DNA of 64,000 nucleotides from Tagaea sp. (GTDB lineage: Bacteria; Pseudomonadota; Alphaproteobacteria; CACIAM-22H2), in contig CBDIIB010000002.1 in assembly GCA_965279525.1 (NCBI GenBank), forward strand, positions 395,240 through 459,239. The letters run 5' to 3'. Numbering within the stretch: the stretch's first letter is position 1; the number at the start of each line of letters is the position of its first letter. The notes under the pieces were generated by a model. It was given only the letters and a program-made list of their open reading frames with translations. It was not told where the DNA came from and searched no databases. This document shows positions 9,815-18,172 of the stretch, piece by piece. The position numbers were made by a program, and so were the translations under genes.

Positions 9815-10276
9815 TCAGATCCCGAACCAGGTGCCGAACGCCGGCAACGGAAGGCCGAGGCCGAAGCGGAAGACGCTCCAGGAAAACAGGGCGAGCACCG
9901 CGGCGAGGGCAAGTGCCGTCGTCGGGCGGAAGCGATCGCTGGCGGCAAAGCTCGTGATCGTCAGCAGGACGATCGCTGGCACGAGGCCGGCCCCACGGAC
10001 CGTCAGGCCGAACACGACGATCGCGGCGACGACGACCAGCAACGGCCGCCACGAGAAGCGCTCAAGTGCGCCGTCCTTGCCGAACTGGCCCTTGAGCGCC
10101 AGCACGGCTCCCAGAAGGGTCAGGAGGATTCCAAGGACCGTCGGAAAATAGCCCGGGCCCATCTGCCGCGCGGTACCGAGCCGGTAGTCACCGGAAACCG
10201 TCACGAACATGATGCCGAGCCCGACGAAGAGCAGGCCCGTCAGGAGGTCGGTCGGATTTCGGGGACGCAAGGCCAT
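9815..10276 (-). CDS. tctB: Tripartite tricarboxylate transporter small permease TctB
   Basis: GTARQMGPGYFP motif, four to five TM segments, between tctC and tctA. Confidence 0.9.
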   Translation of the reverse strand: MALRPRNPTDLLTGLLFVGLGIMFVTVSGDYRLGTARQMGPGYFPTVLGILLTLLGAVLALKGQFGKDGALERFSWRPLLVVVAAIVVFGLTVRGAGLVPAIVLLTITSFAASDRFRPTTALALAAVLALFSWSVFRFGLGLPLPAFGTWFGI

Positions 10277-10298
10277 CGGAGGTCTTTCGTCGGGGAAC

Positions 10299-10324
10299 CG
10301 GCCCGGCACGCCCGTGCCGGGCCG
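10299..10324. terminator. GC-rich stem-loop downstream of tctC (terminator or mRNA stabiliser)
   Basis: CGGCCCGGCAC-GCCC-GTGCCGGGCCG, 11-bp perfect stem. Confidence 0.5.
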
Positions 10325-10334
10325 TCTCGGGTGT

Positions 10335-11312
10335 CTACTGGGCCGTTATCTTCGCGACGCGCGCGACGTCCGCCCAGATGTCCATGTCCTTGCGGATGAG
10401 TTCGGCGAAAGTCGCCGGCGTGCTCTTGCCGTCGATCTCGTTGCCGGAAGGTGCCATGCGCTCGAGGACTTCCTTGTTGGTCAGGACCTTGTTGACGGCG
10501 GCCGCCATCCGCTCGGCGGCGGCCATCGGCATTCCCTTGGGCCCGAGCAGGCCGTTCCAGTAGCTGGCGGCGGCGAAATCGGGAAAACCCTGTTCGATCA
10601 TGGTCGGGATCTCGGGTGCTGCCGCGAGCCGCTGCCGGCTGGTCACGGCAAGCGCCGTGACGGTTCCCTGGCGGACCTGCGGCAGGGCGGTGGAAGAGTT
10701 GGCGACCGAGAAGTGCACGCGTCCGGCGATCTGGTCGACCATCGCTTCCGGAGATCCGCGGAAGGGCACGCCGACCGCGTCGATCCCGGTGCGTGCCCGG
10801 AACATCTCGGTCACGAAGTGGGACGGTGCGCCGTGCCCTGCGGTCGCATAGAAGAGCTGGCCCGGCTTGGATTTGGCGAGCGCCACGAGATCCTGCGGCG
10901 TCTTGAGCGCCAGCGACGGATGCGCCAGCAGGAGCGAGGGTGTCCAGGCGACGTTGACGATCGGCACGAAGCTTTCGCGGACGTTGTAGGTCGTCTTGGT
11001 TCCCATCGCGGCGACCATGTTCAGCGCCGACGACGTGAACAGGATCGTGTAGCCGTCCGCCGCCGCGTTGGCGACGGCCTGCGAGCCGATGACGCCGGCT
11101 GCCCCACCGCGGTTCTCGATGATGATCGGCTGACCGAGTTCGGCGCGCAACGCCTCGCTCATATGCCGCACCATCACGTCGATGCCGCTGCCCGGCGGCC
11201 ATGCGACGACGATGGTGACCGGGCGTGCCGGGTAGGTCTGCGCGTCGGCAGAACCCGACAGTCCGGCGAGCAGGGCGGTTGCACACAGTAGTCCAGCCAA
11301 TGCGCGTTTCAT
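10335..11312 (-). CDS. tctC: Tripartite tricarboxylate transporter substrate-binding protein (TctC/Bug family)
   Basis: Signal peptide MKRALAGLLC...ADAQ; YPARPVTIVVAWPPG, IIENRGGAAG, DGYTILF, PEIPTMIEQG. Confidence 0.92.
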   Translation of the reverse strand: MKRALAGLLCATALLAGLSGSADAQTYPARPVTIVVAWPPGSGIDVMVRHMSEALRAELGQPIIIENRGGAAGVIGSQAVANAAADGYTILFTSSALNMVAAMGTKTTYNVRESFVPIVNVAWTPSLLLAHPSLALKTPQDLVALAKSKPGQLFYATAGHGAPSHFVTEMFRARTGIDAVGVPFRGSPEAMVDQIAGRVHFSVANSSTALPQVRQGTVTALAVTSRQRLAAAPEIPTMIEQGFPDFAAASYWNGLLGPKGMPMAAAERMAAAVNKVLTNKEVLERMAPSGNEIDGKSTPATFAELIRKDMDIWADVARVAKITAQ

Positions 11313-11377
11313 GGCGTATCTCCCTTTTTCACGGCCTGCCCCGTCGTCGACGGCGCGGCCTTTTGGCAGTTGCAAGA

Positions 11378-12178
11378 TCAGGCCGTCGTCGACCCCTGTT
11401 TTCGCAGCGATGCCGCGGCCGTCTTTGCCGCGGACATCATGTAGCCGATGTCCGTTCCCCCCATGAAAATGCGCGCACCCAGGGCCGCCATCTCGCCGGC
11501 CTCCGGGCCGCCGGCACCGCCGGCCACGAAGTGCTTGCCGTTCGCGCGCGCGGCCTTGGCGGCCACATGATAGGCGTCCCGGATCCGCGCATGACGGACT
11601 TCGCCCGGAATGCCGAGTTCGGCGCTCAGGTCGCTGGGTCCGATCATCAGCGCGTCGATCCCCGGCACCGCGGCGATCTCGTTCGCGGCCTCGATGCCGT
11701 CGGCCGTTTCGAGCATCGCGATGACCATCGTGATGTCGTTGACGATGCGGATGGCTTCCGCGGCCGGAAGTGAACGATATCGCGTCGTCGGGCCGAGTGC
11801 GGCCATCGAACGTCCGCCCTGCAGCGGGAACTTGGCGGCGTGCACCGCGCGGGCGGCGTCCGTCACGCCCGTGACGTGCGGAACGATCACGCACAGGGCG
11901 CCCGCATCGAGTGCGCCCCCGATATCCGCGGCAGCGTTGGCGCGCACGCGCACGGCCGGCATCAGTCCCATCATCTGGCCGCTCGCGCAAAGTGCGGCCG
12001 TCTCCGCATCGGAAAACATGCCGTGCTCGCGATCGACATAGAAGCCATCGAAGCCGCACTCGCGAACGATCATAGCGGCATCGGGCGTGCGCAGCTGGCG
12101 CAGCGACATCATCGTGACGGGTTCGCCGGCTGCCAGCTTGTGCTTGACGGGATTGACGATCAGCGTCGCATCGGTCAT
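11378..12178 (-). CDS. HpcH/HpaI class II pyruvate aldolase family protein
   Basis: NPVKHKL, YVDREHG, ALDAGA..VIVPHV, MLET, IGPSDL. ATGA overlap with the upstream SDR. Confidence 0.88.
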   Translation of the reverse strand: MTDATLIVNPVKHKLAAGEPVTMMSLRQLRTPDAAMIVRECGFDGFYVDREHGMFSDAETAALCASGQMMGLMPAVRVRANAAADIGGALDAGALCVIVPHVTGVTDAARAVHAAKFPLQGGRSMAALGPTTRYRSLPAAEAIRIVNDITMVIAMLETADGIEAANEIAAVPGIDALMIGPSDLSAELGIPGEVRHARIRDAYHVAAKAARANGKHFVAGGAGGPEAGEMAALGARIFMGGTDIGYMMSAAKTAAASLRKQGSTTA

Positions 12179-12993
12179 CGGCGCGGTTCTCCTGGCGGGG
12201 TCTGCCGTTTGGGCGGCGGATAGCCGCGCGAGGCGAAGCCGGCATCGACCGTGACGATGTGACCCGACATGGCGCTGGCACGATCCGAGGCGACGAATGC
12301 GACGACGTCGGCGATCTCCGCCGGCTGGATAAGCCGCCCGCGCGGCCAGTCGACGACCAGCTCCTGCCAGCGCGCCTCGTCGCCAAGCTCGGTGGCAGCG
12401 CGCTTGCGCAGCGACCGCTTGGCCTTCTCCGTCTCGACCCATCCCGGGCTTACACCCATCACGCGCACGCCATAGTCGAGACTGACGCTGCCCACCGAGC
12501 GTGTCAGCGTGGCGATCGCGGAGTTGCCGGCGCCGCCGGCTGCATAAGCGTATTCGAGCTTCTCGGCGCCGATGCCGATCACATTGACGATGACGCCGCT
12601 GCCGCGCGCGCACATCTGGCGATAGAATTCCCGCGTCATGTTGATGTAGCCGAAAATCTTCAGTTCCCACCCGTCGCGCCATGTCTGCTCGTCGACCGAC
12701 AGGATGTCGCCGCGCGGCGTGTTGCCGGCGTTGTTGACGAGAATGTCGACGTTTCCGCAGATCACCGCGAGCTCCGCCGCGGCGCCGCGTCGGGAAAGGT
12801 CGGTCGGATGGACATCGACTTCGACCGCGAAGTTCCTGCGCAGCTCCATCGCGGCGGCAGCGAGTGCTTCTTCGCTGCGCGCGGACAGATGCAGATGGCA
12901 GCCTTCGCGCGCCAGCGATTCGGCGATCGCCCGCCCGATCCCCTGCGAGGCACCGGTGACGAGTGCGCGGCGTCCCTTGAGGCCGAGATCCAT
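12175..12993 (-). CDS. Atypical SDR (no canonical YxxxK)
   Basis: MDLGLKGRRALVTGASQGIG, NNAG; active-site region NVIGIG...YAAGGAGNSA. Confidence 0.85.
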   Translation of the reverse strand: MDLGLKGRRALVTGASQGIGRAIAESLAREGCHLHLSARSEEALAAAAMELRRNFAVEVDVHPTDLSRRGAAAELAVICGNVDILVNNAGNTPRGDILSVDEQTWRDGWELKIFGYINMTREFYRQMCARGSGVIVNVIGIGAEKLEYAYAAGGAGNSAIATLTRSVGSVSLDYGVRVMGVSPGWVETEKAKRSLRKRAATELGDEARWQELVVDWPRGRLIQPAEIADVVAFVASDRASAMSGHIVTVDAGFASRGYPPPKRQTPPGEPRR

Positions 12994-12996
12994 CCG

Positions 12997-13722
12997 TCAG
13001 GCGTCCTTCGGCCGCAGTTCGACCAGGTCCGGGCAGCAGCCCGCAGGCGCCGTCACGGCGAAGATGACGCCTTCGGCGACGTCCTCGGGCGTGAGCGGCT
13101 TGTACTTGCGTGCGGCAAGCGACTTGACGACCTCCGGATGGCGGCTGCTTTCGCGGATCCCGGTGTCGACCATGCCGGGTGCGATCTCGCTGACCTTGAG
13201 GCCGGAACCCTTGAGTTCGAGACGGAAGCCCTTGGCGAACGCGGAGAGCGCATGCTTCGTCGCCGCATAGACGACGGCAAACTGGTTGACGTTGCGGGCG
13301 GCACCGGAGGTCACGAACACGAGATGGCCGTCGCGCCGCTCGGCCATCCGGCGCGCGATCTCGAGGGTGATGGCGAAAGCGGAAACGACGTTGGTGCGGA
13401 ACATCGCCTCCACGTCTTCCATCTTCGTGTCGAGCAGCGGCGCATAGGTGAGGATGCCGGCGTTGTTGACGAAGATGTCGGCGTCAGCGGCCGCGTCGGC
13501 GAGTCGCCGCACGAAAGCGGGATCGTCGAGGTCGCCGGCGATCGCGACGGCATCGACGCCCGATTGCCGGCAGGCGGCCGCGACCTCGTCGAGAGCCGCC
13601 TGCCGGCGACCGGTGACGATGACGGCGGCCCCTTCGCGCGCGAGCGCCACGGCGCAGGCCTTGCCGATTCCCGCACTGGCACCGGTGACGAGGGCTCTCC
13701 TGTTCTTGAGGCGCCCGGTCAC
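12997..13722 (-). CDS. SDR family oxidoreductase, probably NADP-dependent
   Basis: GTG start overlapping the cupin stop (GTGA); TGASAGIG, TGRR, NNAG, YAATKHA, IAPGMVDT. Confidence 0.88.
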   Translation of the reverse strand: MTGRLKNRRALVTGASAGIGKACAVALAREGAAVIVTGRRQAALDEVAAACRQSGVDAVAIAGDLDDPAFVRRLADAAADADIFVNNAGILTYAPLLDTKMEDVEAMFRTNVVSAFAITLEIARRMAERRDGHLVFVTSGAARNVNQFAVVYAATKHALSAFAKGFRLELKGSGLKVSEIAPGMVDTGIRESSRHPEVVKSLAARKYKPLTPEDVAEGVIFAVTAPAGCCPDLVELRPKDA

Positions 13723-14207
13723 GGCTTTTCCGTCACCGGTCCGGCGATGTTCACCGTATCGTACTCGGCGGGAAGGATGATCTCGAGAAGCTCGAGATCG
13801 TCCGAATAGTCGCGTACGCAGTGCTTGATGCCCGGGGGCTGGATCCACGAACTGCCCTCGCGCATCTCGATGATGCCATGGCCCTCGAACTCGCTGCGCA
13901 CCCAGCCCTTCAGGATGTAGACCATCTGGAACAGCGTGTCGTGGAAGTGCGGCTTCGAGACCTCGGCCGCGTTGAACGGGCGTGCGCGGCGGTTGACGTG
14001 CGCCTGCACCATGCCGCCGGTCGCTTTCGCGAAGCCAAGGTCGCGCACCATCGTGTAGGCGCGGAACCCTTCGTTGGTGAAATCCTCCTCGCGCAGATGG
14101 CTGACATGGAATGTCTGCGCGGGCCAGCCGCTCTTCTTGGCAAGCGAGTTGCTCGGATCGTACTCCGCCTCTTTCAGCAGGCGGCTCTTGGTTGCGGGCT
14201 TGGCCAT
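13719..14207 (-). CDS. Cupin domain protein
   Basis: HFHDTLFQMVYILKGW and GSSWIQPPGIKH cupin motifs. GGAG RBS before ATG 14207; alternative start at 14237. Confidence 0.85.
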   Translation of the reverse strand: MAKPATKSRLLKEAEYDPSNSLAKKSGWPAQTFHVSHLREEDFTNEGFRAYTMVRDLGFAKATGGMVQAHVNRRARPFNAAEVSKPHFHDTLFQMVYILKGWVRSEFEGHGIIEMREGSSWIQPPGIKHCVRDYSDDLELLEIILPAEYDTVNIAGPVTEKP

Positions 14208-14233
14208 CGTTTTCTCCGTCGTCTGCAAAACCG

Positions 14234-15049
14234 TCATGCCGCTGCGGTGAGCGGATTTTCCCGTGCGCGTGCCGTGATGTCCGCCGCCGTGCGCGCGACC
14301 TGCACGCCGAGGGCCGCCGTCTGGCGTCGGTCGACCTGGCTGGTCGCGAACGCGATGGACAGAACCGCAAGCAGCCCGCCTGTCTGGTCGAGGATCGGTG
14401 CCGCGATCGAGCCGACGCCAGGCGTGTTTTCTTCCCAGTTGATCGAATAGCCGCGCGCGCGGATTCCGGCGAGATCGGCGACCAGCGCGTTGCGGTCGGT
14501 CACCGTATTCGGCGTGACCGGTCGCATCCCGGTCTGTTCGAGAAGCCGCGTCGCGGCGTCCGTCGGGAGCAGTGCGAGCGCCACCTTGCCGGTCGCGGTG
14601 CTGTGCAGCGGCAGGCGCTGGCCGACCTGGGCATAGTACCGGATCGGGCCCGCACCCTCGACGGCCGCGGTCATGACCATCGTGTCGTGGCGCAGGACCG
14701 AGAGATAGACGGTGAAAGTCGTCTTGGCGCCCAAGGCTTCCATGTCGGGGCGCGCCAAGACTTCGAGCTGCCGGCCGAGCGCGAAGAGATTGCCGATCCG
14801 GAACGCCTGGACGCCGATGCGGTACTTCCTGTTGCGCGGATTCTGCTCGAGGAACTGGTGCATCTCGAGCGTCTGGACAAGGCGCTGGACGGCGGTGCGC
14901 GACAGTTCGAGCGTGCGTGCAATTTCGCTCACGCCCATCTCCGAGCGGTTCGAATCGAACGCCGAGAGAACCTGGAGCGCGCGGCTGGCGGTCAGCGAAA
15001 ATTCGGCTTCGCCCTGGCCCCTCGGGAGGGCAACGGTCGGTCGCGGCAT
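14234..15049 (-). CDS. IclR-family transcriptional regulator
   Basis: RALQVLSAF...GVSEIARTLELSRTAVQRLVQTL HTH; HSTATGKVALA; IRARGYSINWEENTPGVGSIAAPI. Confidence 0.93.
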   Translation of the reverse strand: MPRPTVALPRGQGEAEFSLTASRALQVLSAFDSNRSEMGVSEIARTLELSRTAVQRLVQTLEMHQFLEQNPRNRKYRIGVQAFRIGNLFALGRQLEVLARPDMEALGAKTTFTVYLSVLRHDTMVMTAAVEGAGPIRYYAQVGQRLPLHSTATGKVALALLPTDAATRLLEQTGMRPVTPNTVTDRNALVADLAGIRARGYSINWEENTPGVGSIAAPILDQTGGLLAVLSIAFATSQVDRRQTAALGVQVARTAADITARARENPLTAAA

Positions 15050-15088
15050 TTCTCTCCCCAGCCTTGCGGCAATTCCGGCCAATTGGCC

Positions 15089-15134
15089 ATTTGTTCCGTT
15101 AATCGGTCCATGAATCCCGAATAACGGAGCAATT
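15089..15134. promoter_or_regulatory. Putative IclR/PcaR-type operator pair
   Basis: TTGTTCCGTTA (15091-15101) and TAACGGAGCAA (15122-15132) form an inverted repeat with one mismatch, just upstream of the IclR start. Confidence 0.45.
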
Positions 15135-15304
15135 AGACGCACGCAGCTACCCTCCCGTCAATGGGCGAGAGATAATTTTTGTGGAAGTCACTGCGATCGC
15201 AGTGAAAATTGATCGCATGACGGATCGGTGACATGTTGCCGTTGGTTGCATGTGTTTTCCGCGCGCTGAAAGGCTGAATACGGTGATCCGGATCGGACGT
15301 TCGC

Positions 15305-16426
15305 GTGCTGCCTGAGTCCCGTCCGATTCCCGCGGCCGGCATGGCGCGGCCGTCGTGGCTGCTCGCCATCGCGATGTCCGGGGACGGCCTGCTCTATGCC
15401 CTGCTTCCGCTGATGCCGGAAGCGTTCGGCATCGATCTGGCGTGGGCGGGTCTGCTGCTGGCCGCGAACCGTATCGTGCGCATCTTCGCCTATACGCAAT
15501 TGGCGCGTCTCACGGCCTGGCTTGGCGCGCGACGGGCCGGGACGTTCGCGGCAATCGGCGCGATCGTCTCGACGGCGATCTTCGCGATCGAACCTGGCCA
15601 GTGGGTCCAGCTTGGCGGCAGGCTCCTATGGGGATTGTCGTTCGCAGCCATCAATCTCGTGACGTTCGCCTACGCGGCCAGCGTGCCGGAACAGGCGGGT
15701 CGCCGCATCGGGACCAGCCGGGCGGTGACAGGCGTCACCATCACGTTCGCGCTGCTGGCCGGCTGTTTCGCCGTCGACCGGATCGGCGTGCCGATGCTGT
15801 TCACGATCGTGACGCTCGTGATGCTCGCCTGCATCCCGCTGGCGCTGACGCTGGAGCCCGTCGAGATCCGTCCACCGCGCCATCGTGCGCTGTTGATGCC
15901 GCTGCCGGGACGGATCGACGTCTGGGCCGCTGCCCAGGGGTTTGTCGTCGACGGCATCTTCATCGTCTCCGTGACGCTCCTTCTCAAGGACAGCGTGACC
16001 GCGTTTTCTCCGGCGGTCGCGACAGGCATCGTTTTTTCGCTGAGGTGGATCGTCGAAAGCTTCTGTGCGCCGCTTGGCGGCCGGCTTGCCGACCGCTTCG
16101 GGGCCACGAACGTGATGCTCGTGTTCGGGACCATCATGGCGCTGGCACTCGGCTCGATCGCATTCGGCTACGTCTACGCCGGTGCCGTCGCCGTGACGGT
16201 CGTGCGCGGACTCACCAACACGATCGCCGCCGCGATGGTCGCCGAGCGCAATCCGGGCGATACCGTCGGCGCGCAGTCGGTCTACTCGACCTATCGCGAT
16301 ATCGGGGCATCGCTCGGGCCGCTTTTTGCCGGCTTCTTTCTCGACGACATCGACCGGATGCCGCTTTATCTGGCGCTCAGCGTCATCCTCGGCGGGACGA
16401 CCCTGATGCTCCGGCGCTGGCGCTAG
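15305..16426 (+). CDS. MFS transporter
   Basis: GDGLLYALLP, GLLLAANRIVR, GRLADRFG loop, RDIGASLGP; 10-12 TM segments. Alternative start at 15341. Confidence 0.82.
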   Translation: MLPESRPIPAAGMARPSWLLAIAMSGDGLLYALLPLMPEAFGIDLAWAGLLLAANRIVRIFAYTQLARLTAWLGARRAGTFAAIGAIVSTAIFAIEPGQWVQLGGRLLWGLSFAAINLVTFAYAASVPEQAGRRIGTSRAVTGVTITFALLAGCFAVDRIGVPMLFTIVTLVMLACIPLALTLEPVEIRPPRHRALLMPLPGRIDVWAAAQGFVVDGIFIVSVTLLLKDSVTAFSPAVATGIVFSLRWIVESFCAPLGGRLADRFGATNVMLVFGTIMALALGSIAFGYVYAGAVAVTVVRGLTNTIAAAMVAERNPGDTVGAQSVYSTYRDIGASLGPLFAGFFLDDIDRMPLYLALSVILGGTTLMLRRWR

Positions 16427-16445
16427 CCGGACGCACCGCGCGAGG

Positions 16446-16462
16446 CTGGCATCGATCTTGCT
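16446..16462 (+). promoter_or_regulatory. Sigma54 (-24/-12) promoter
   Basis: CTGGCATCGATCTTGCT, GG-N10-GC, ending 32 nt upstream of the SBP start codon. Confidence 0.75.
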
Positions 16463-16494
16463 CCTCTCCCGTCTACCGAATGGAGGGGTTCGAG

Positions 16495-18093
16495 ATGAAA
16501 TGCAGACTGATGGCTGTGGCTGCCGCCGTAACTGTGGCGCTGGCTTTTTCTCAGGCACATGCGCAAGGCACGCTGCGCATCGGCATGACCGCCTCCGACA
16601 TCCCCTTGACCACCGGCCAGACCGACCAGGGCGGCGAGGGCATGCGATTCCTCGGCTATACGGTCTATGACGCGCTGATCAATTGGGACCTGTCGAAATC
16701 CGACAAGGCTTCGGATCTGGTACCCGGACTTTCGACGGAATGGACAGTCGACCCGACCGACAAGACCAAGTGGACGTTCAAGCTCCGGCCGGGCGTCAAG
16801 TTCCACGACGGGTCCGAGTTCGATGCCGCCGCCGTCGTCTGGAATTTCGAAAAACTGCTCAACCAGCAGGCACCGCATTTCGACCCCCGCCAGTCCGGAC
16901 AGGGCCGCAGCCGCATTCCTGCGGTAGCCAGCTACAAGGCGGTCGACAAGCTGACGCTCGAGATCGTCACCAAGACGCCCGACGCGACGCTGCCCTACCA
17001 GATCGCCTGGATCATGTTCTCGAGCCCGGCGCAGTTCGAGAAGGTCGGCAAGAGCTGGGAGAATTTCGCCAAGACGCCGTCGGGTACCGGCCCGTGGAAG
17101 GTCGTGAACTTCGTGCCGCGCGAGCGCGTCGAGATGATCCCGAACACCGAATACTGGGACAAGGGCCGCATCCCGAAGCTGGAGCGGCTTGTCCTCGTGC
17201 CGCTCCCCGAAGCGAGCGCGCGCACGGCCGCCCTGCGCTCCGGCCAGGTCGACTGGATCGAAGCACCGTCGCCCGATGCCGTCGCCTCGCTCAAGCAGGC
17301 CGGCATACAGATCGTCACCAACGCTTATCCGCATAACTGGACGTGGCACCTGAGCCGCGCCGAGGGCAGCCCGTGGAACGACATCCGCGTGCGCCGTGCG
17401 GCGAACCTCGCGATCGATCGCGAGGGCATGAAAGAATTGCTTGGCGGCATGGCGATACCGGCGCAGGGCTTTTTCCCGCCCGGCCACCAGTGGTTCGGCA
17501 ATCCGAAATTCAAGCTTCGCCAGGACGTCGCGGAAGCCAAGAAGCTTCTTGCGGAAGCCGGGTTCGGCCCGGGCAAGCCGCTCGAGACGAAGATCCTGAT
17601 CGCCCCCTCCGGCTCGGGCCAGATGCAGCCGCTGCCGATGAACGAGTTCGTGCAGCAGAACCTCGCCGATGTCGGGATCAAGATCACGTTCGAGGTCGTC
17701 GACTGGAACACGTTGATCAACATCTGGCGTGCGGGCGCCAAGCACGAGTCTTCGCGCGCGGCGACGGGCATGAACTACACCTACTTCATTCAGGATCCGT
17801 TCACGGGCTTCATCCGGCACCTGCAGAGCACACTGGCGCCGCCTGCCGGGACGAACTGGGGCTACTACGCCGACCCCGAGATGGACGCGCTGTTCGACAA
17901 GGTGCGCAACACGTTCGATGCGGTCGAACTGAACAAGGTGCTGCAGGCGATCCACGAGAAGTACGTCGACGAAGCGCTGTTCCTGATGGTCACGCACGAC
18001 GTCAATCCGCGCGCGATGAGCCCGCGCGTGAAAGGCTTCGTCCAGGCGCAGAACTGGTTCCAGGACTTCTCGCAGGTCTTCATGGCGAGGTAG
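16495..18093 (+). CDS. Peptide/opine/nickel ABC transporter substrate-binding protein (family 5), paralog 1
   Basis: Signal peptide, TLRIGMTASDIP, WTFKLRPGVKFHDG, GTGPWK, RVRRAANLAIDR; GGAGG RBS. Confidence 0.92.
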   Translation: MKCRLMAVAAAVTVALAFSQAHAQGTLRIGMTASDIPLTTGQTDQGGEGMRFLGYTVYDALINWDLSKSDKASDLVPGLSTEWTVDPTDKTKWTFKLRPGVKFHDGSEFDAAAVVWNFEKLLNQQAPHFDPRQSGQGRSRIPAVASYKAVDKLTLEIVTKTPDATLPYQIAWIMFSSPAQFEKVGKSWENFAKTPSGTGPWKVVNFVPRERVEMIPNTEYWDKGRIPKLERLVLVPLPEASARTAALRSGQVDWIEAPSPDAVASLKQAGIQIVTNAYPHNWTWHLSRAEGSPWNDIRVRRAANLAIDREGMKELLGGMAIPAQGFFPPGHQWFGNPKFKLRQDVAEAKKLLAEAGFGPGKPLETKILIAPSGSGQMQPLPMNEFVQQNLADVGIKITFEVVDWNTLINIWRAGAKHESSRAATGMNYTYFIQDPFTGFIRHLQSTLAPPAGTNWGYYADPEMDALFDKVRNTFDAVELNKVLQAIHEKYVDEALFLMVTHDVNPRAMSPRVKGFVQAQNWFQDFSQVFMAR

Positions 18094-18172
18094 CTCCGGA
18101 CGTCGCCGCAGCTGGGCCATACCGCCATAAACACAGCAACTCGTAACCCCCCATATCTGGAGCGGACATCGC

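Noticed and set aside
15355-18093. 912-aa ORF suggesting an MFS-SBP fusion
   Set aside because: The upstream part is an alternative frame of the MFS gene; the SBP has its own sigma54 motif, RBS and signal peptide at 16495.
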